Shown here: positions 63,527 through 64,000 of the stretch, piece by piece
How the letters are laid out: every line of letters begins with the position of its first letter
Numbering within the stretch: position 1 is the first letter of the stretch
From: Macrostomum lignano
Taxonomy: Eukaryota
Assembly: GCA_002269645.1 (NCBI GenBank)
Contig: NIVC01000211.1
Location: 248,001 to 312,000 of the forward strand
DNA: 64,000 bases
Direction: 5' to 3'
Position numbers and translations under genes: made by a program
Notes under the pieces: model-generated
The model's input: the letters and a program-made list of their open reading frames with translations, nothing else
Told to the model about the DNA's origin: nothing
The model's database searches: none

Positions 63527-64000
63527 GTCGGCAGCTTTACAACCAAAATGGCGGTTGGCTGTGTTTTATTATATAGTTTAATTTAATTTATTATTTACTT
63601 GTACTCTTTCAGCTTGGAGTCGCCGTCCATGTATACAAGAAAGTTTTGGAGTTCGATTGTGCAAGTGAGGCAATAAATCTTAACAGATCTCCAAAAAACG
63701 AGTTGCACCGCTCGGGAATGCGGCCTCATCTATTTCATAGGCATTTGGATTTTCCATTCCCTGCCGCCGGTTGAGTGGTCTGCAATGGCAGGGGATTATG
63801 AAAGGATTGAAAGCTATTATATGATGATTTTCTCTGGTTCATACATTAGACTTGCGTGTTTGGACGGGGCGAGGGTAGATTTATTTGCATGGTTTTGGGC
63901 GCTTTTGCTTTGCATGAGTTGGAGCAATTAGAGGAGGCCATTCTGTGAGCATTTTGTGACTCGGTTCGCAGGTCCACCCCTCGGTTGCTGCGCTTCTCGG
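63527..64000 (+). other. Upstream region of a probable fourth FReD gene copy (CDS beyond window end)
   Basis: Matches ~3755-4220, which precedes FReD copy 1. Confidence 0.7.

Overview
Eukaryotic, repeat-rich invertebrate genomic DNA with GT-AG introns, non-LTR and LTR retroelements, MITEs and minisatellites. The style fits a flatworm such as Macrostomum, but the host is an inference. There are two kinds of host gene. (1) A tandem family of two-exon secreted fibrinogen-related-domain (FReD) genes: copy 1 at 4809-6127 with two 1-nt deletions, copy 2 at 16567-17587 with a 5' deletion, intact copy 3 at 54858-56180, and the upstream region of a fourth copy at the window end. Their differences concentrate in the ligand-binding subdomain. 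(2) A two-exon ~1453-aa ankyrin-repeat ion channel at 44158-48635 with a TRPM-like pore/TRP-box module. The window is built from segmental duplications (1-4220 ~ 59620-64000, offset ~59.65 kb; 14400-22500 ~ 52190-59800). Mobile DNA includes a full-length LOA/R1-type non-LTR element with a 12-bp TSD (8184-13999), truncated MULE copies, hAT-type and foldback MITEs with 8-bp TSDs, decayed Gypsy gag-pro remnants carrying a heptad-coding 21-bp VNTR, a decayed Jockey/I-like LINE, and many mini- and microsatellites. All comparisons were made by eye; no database searches were run.
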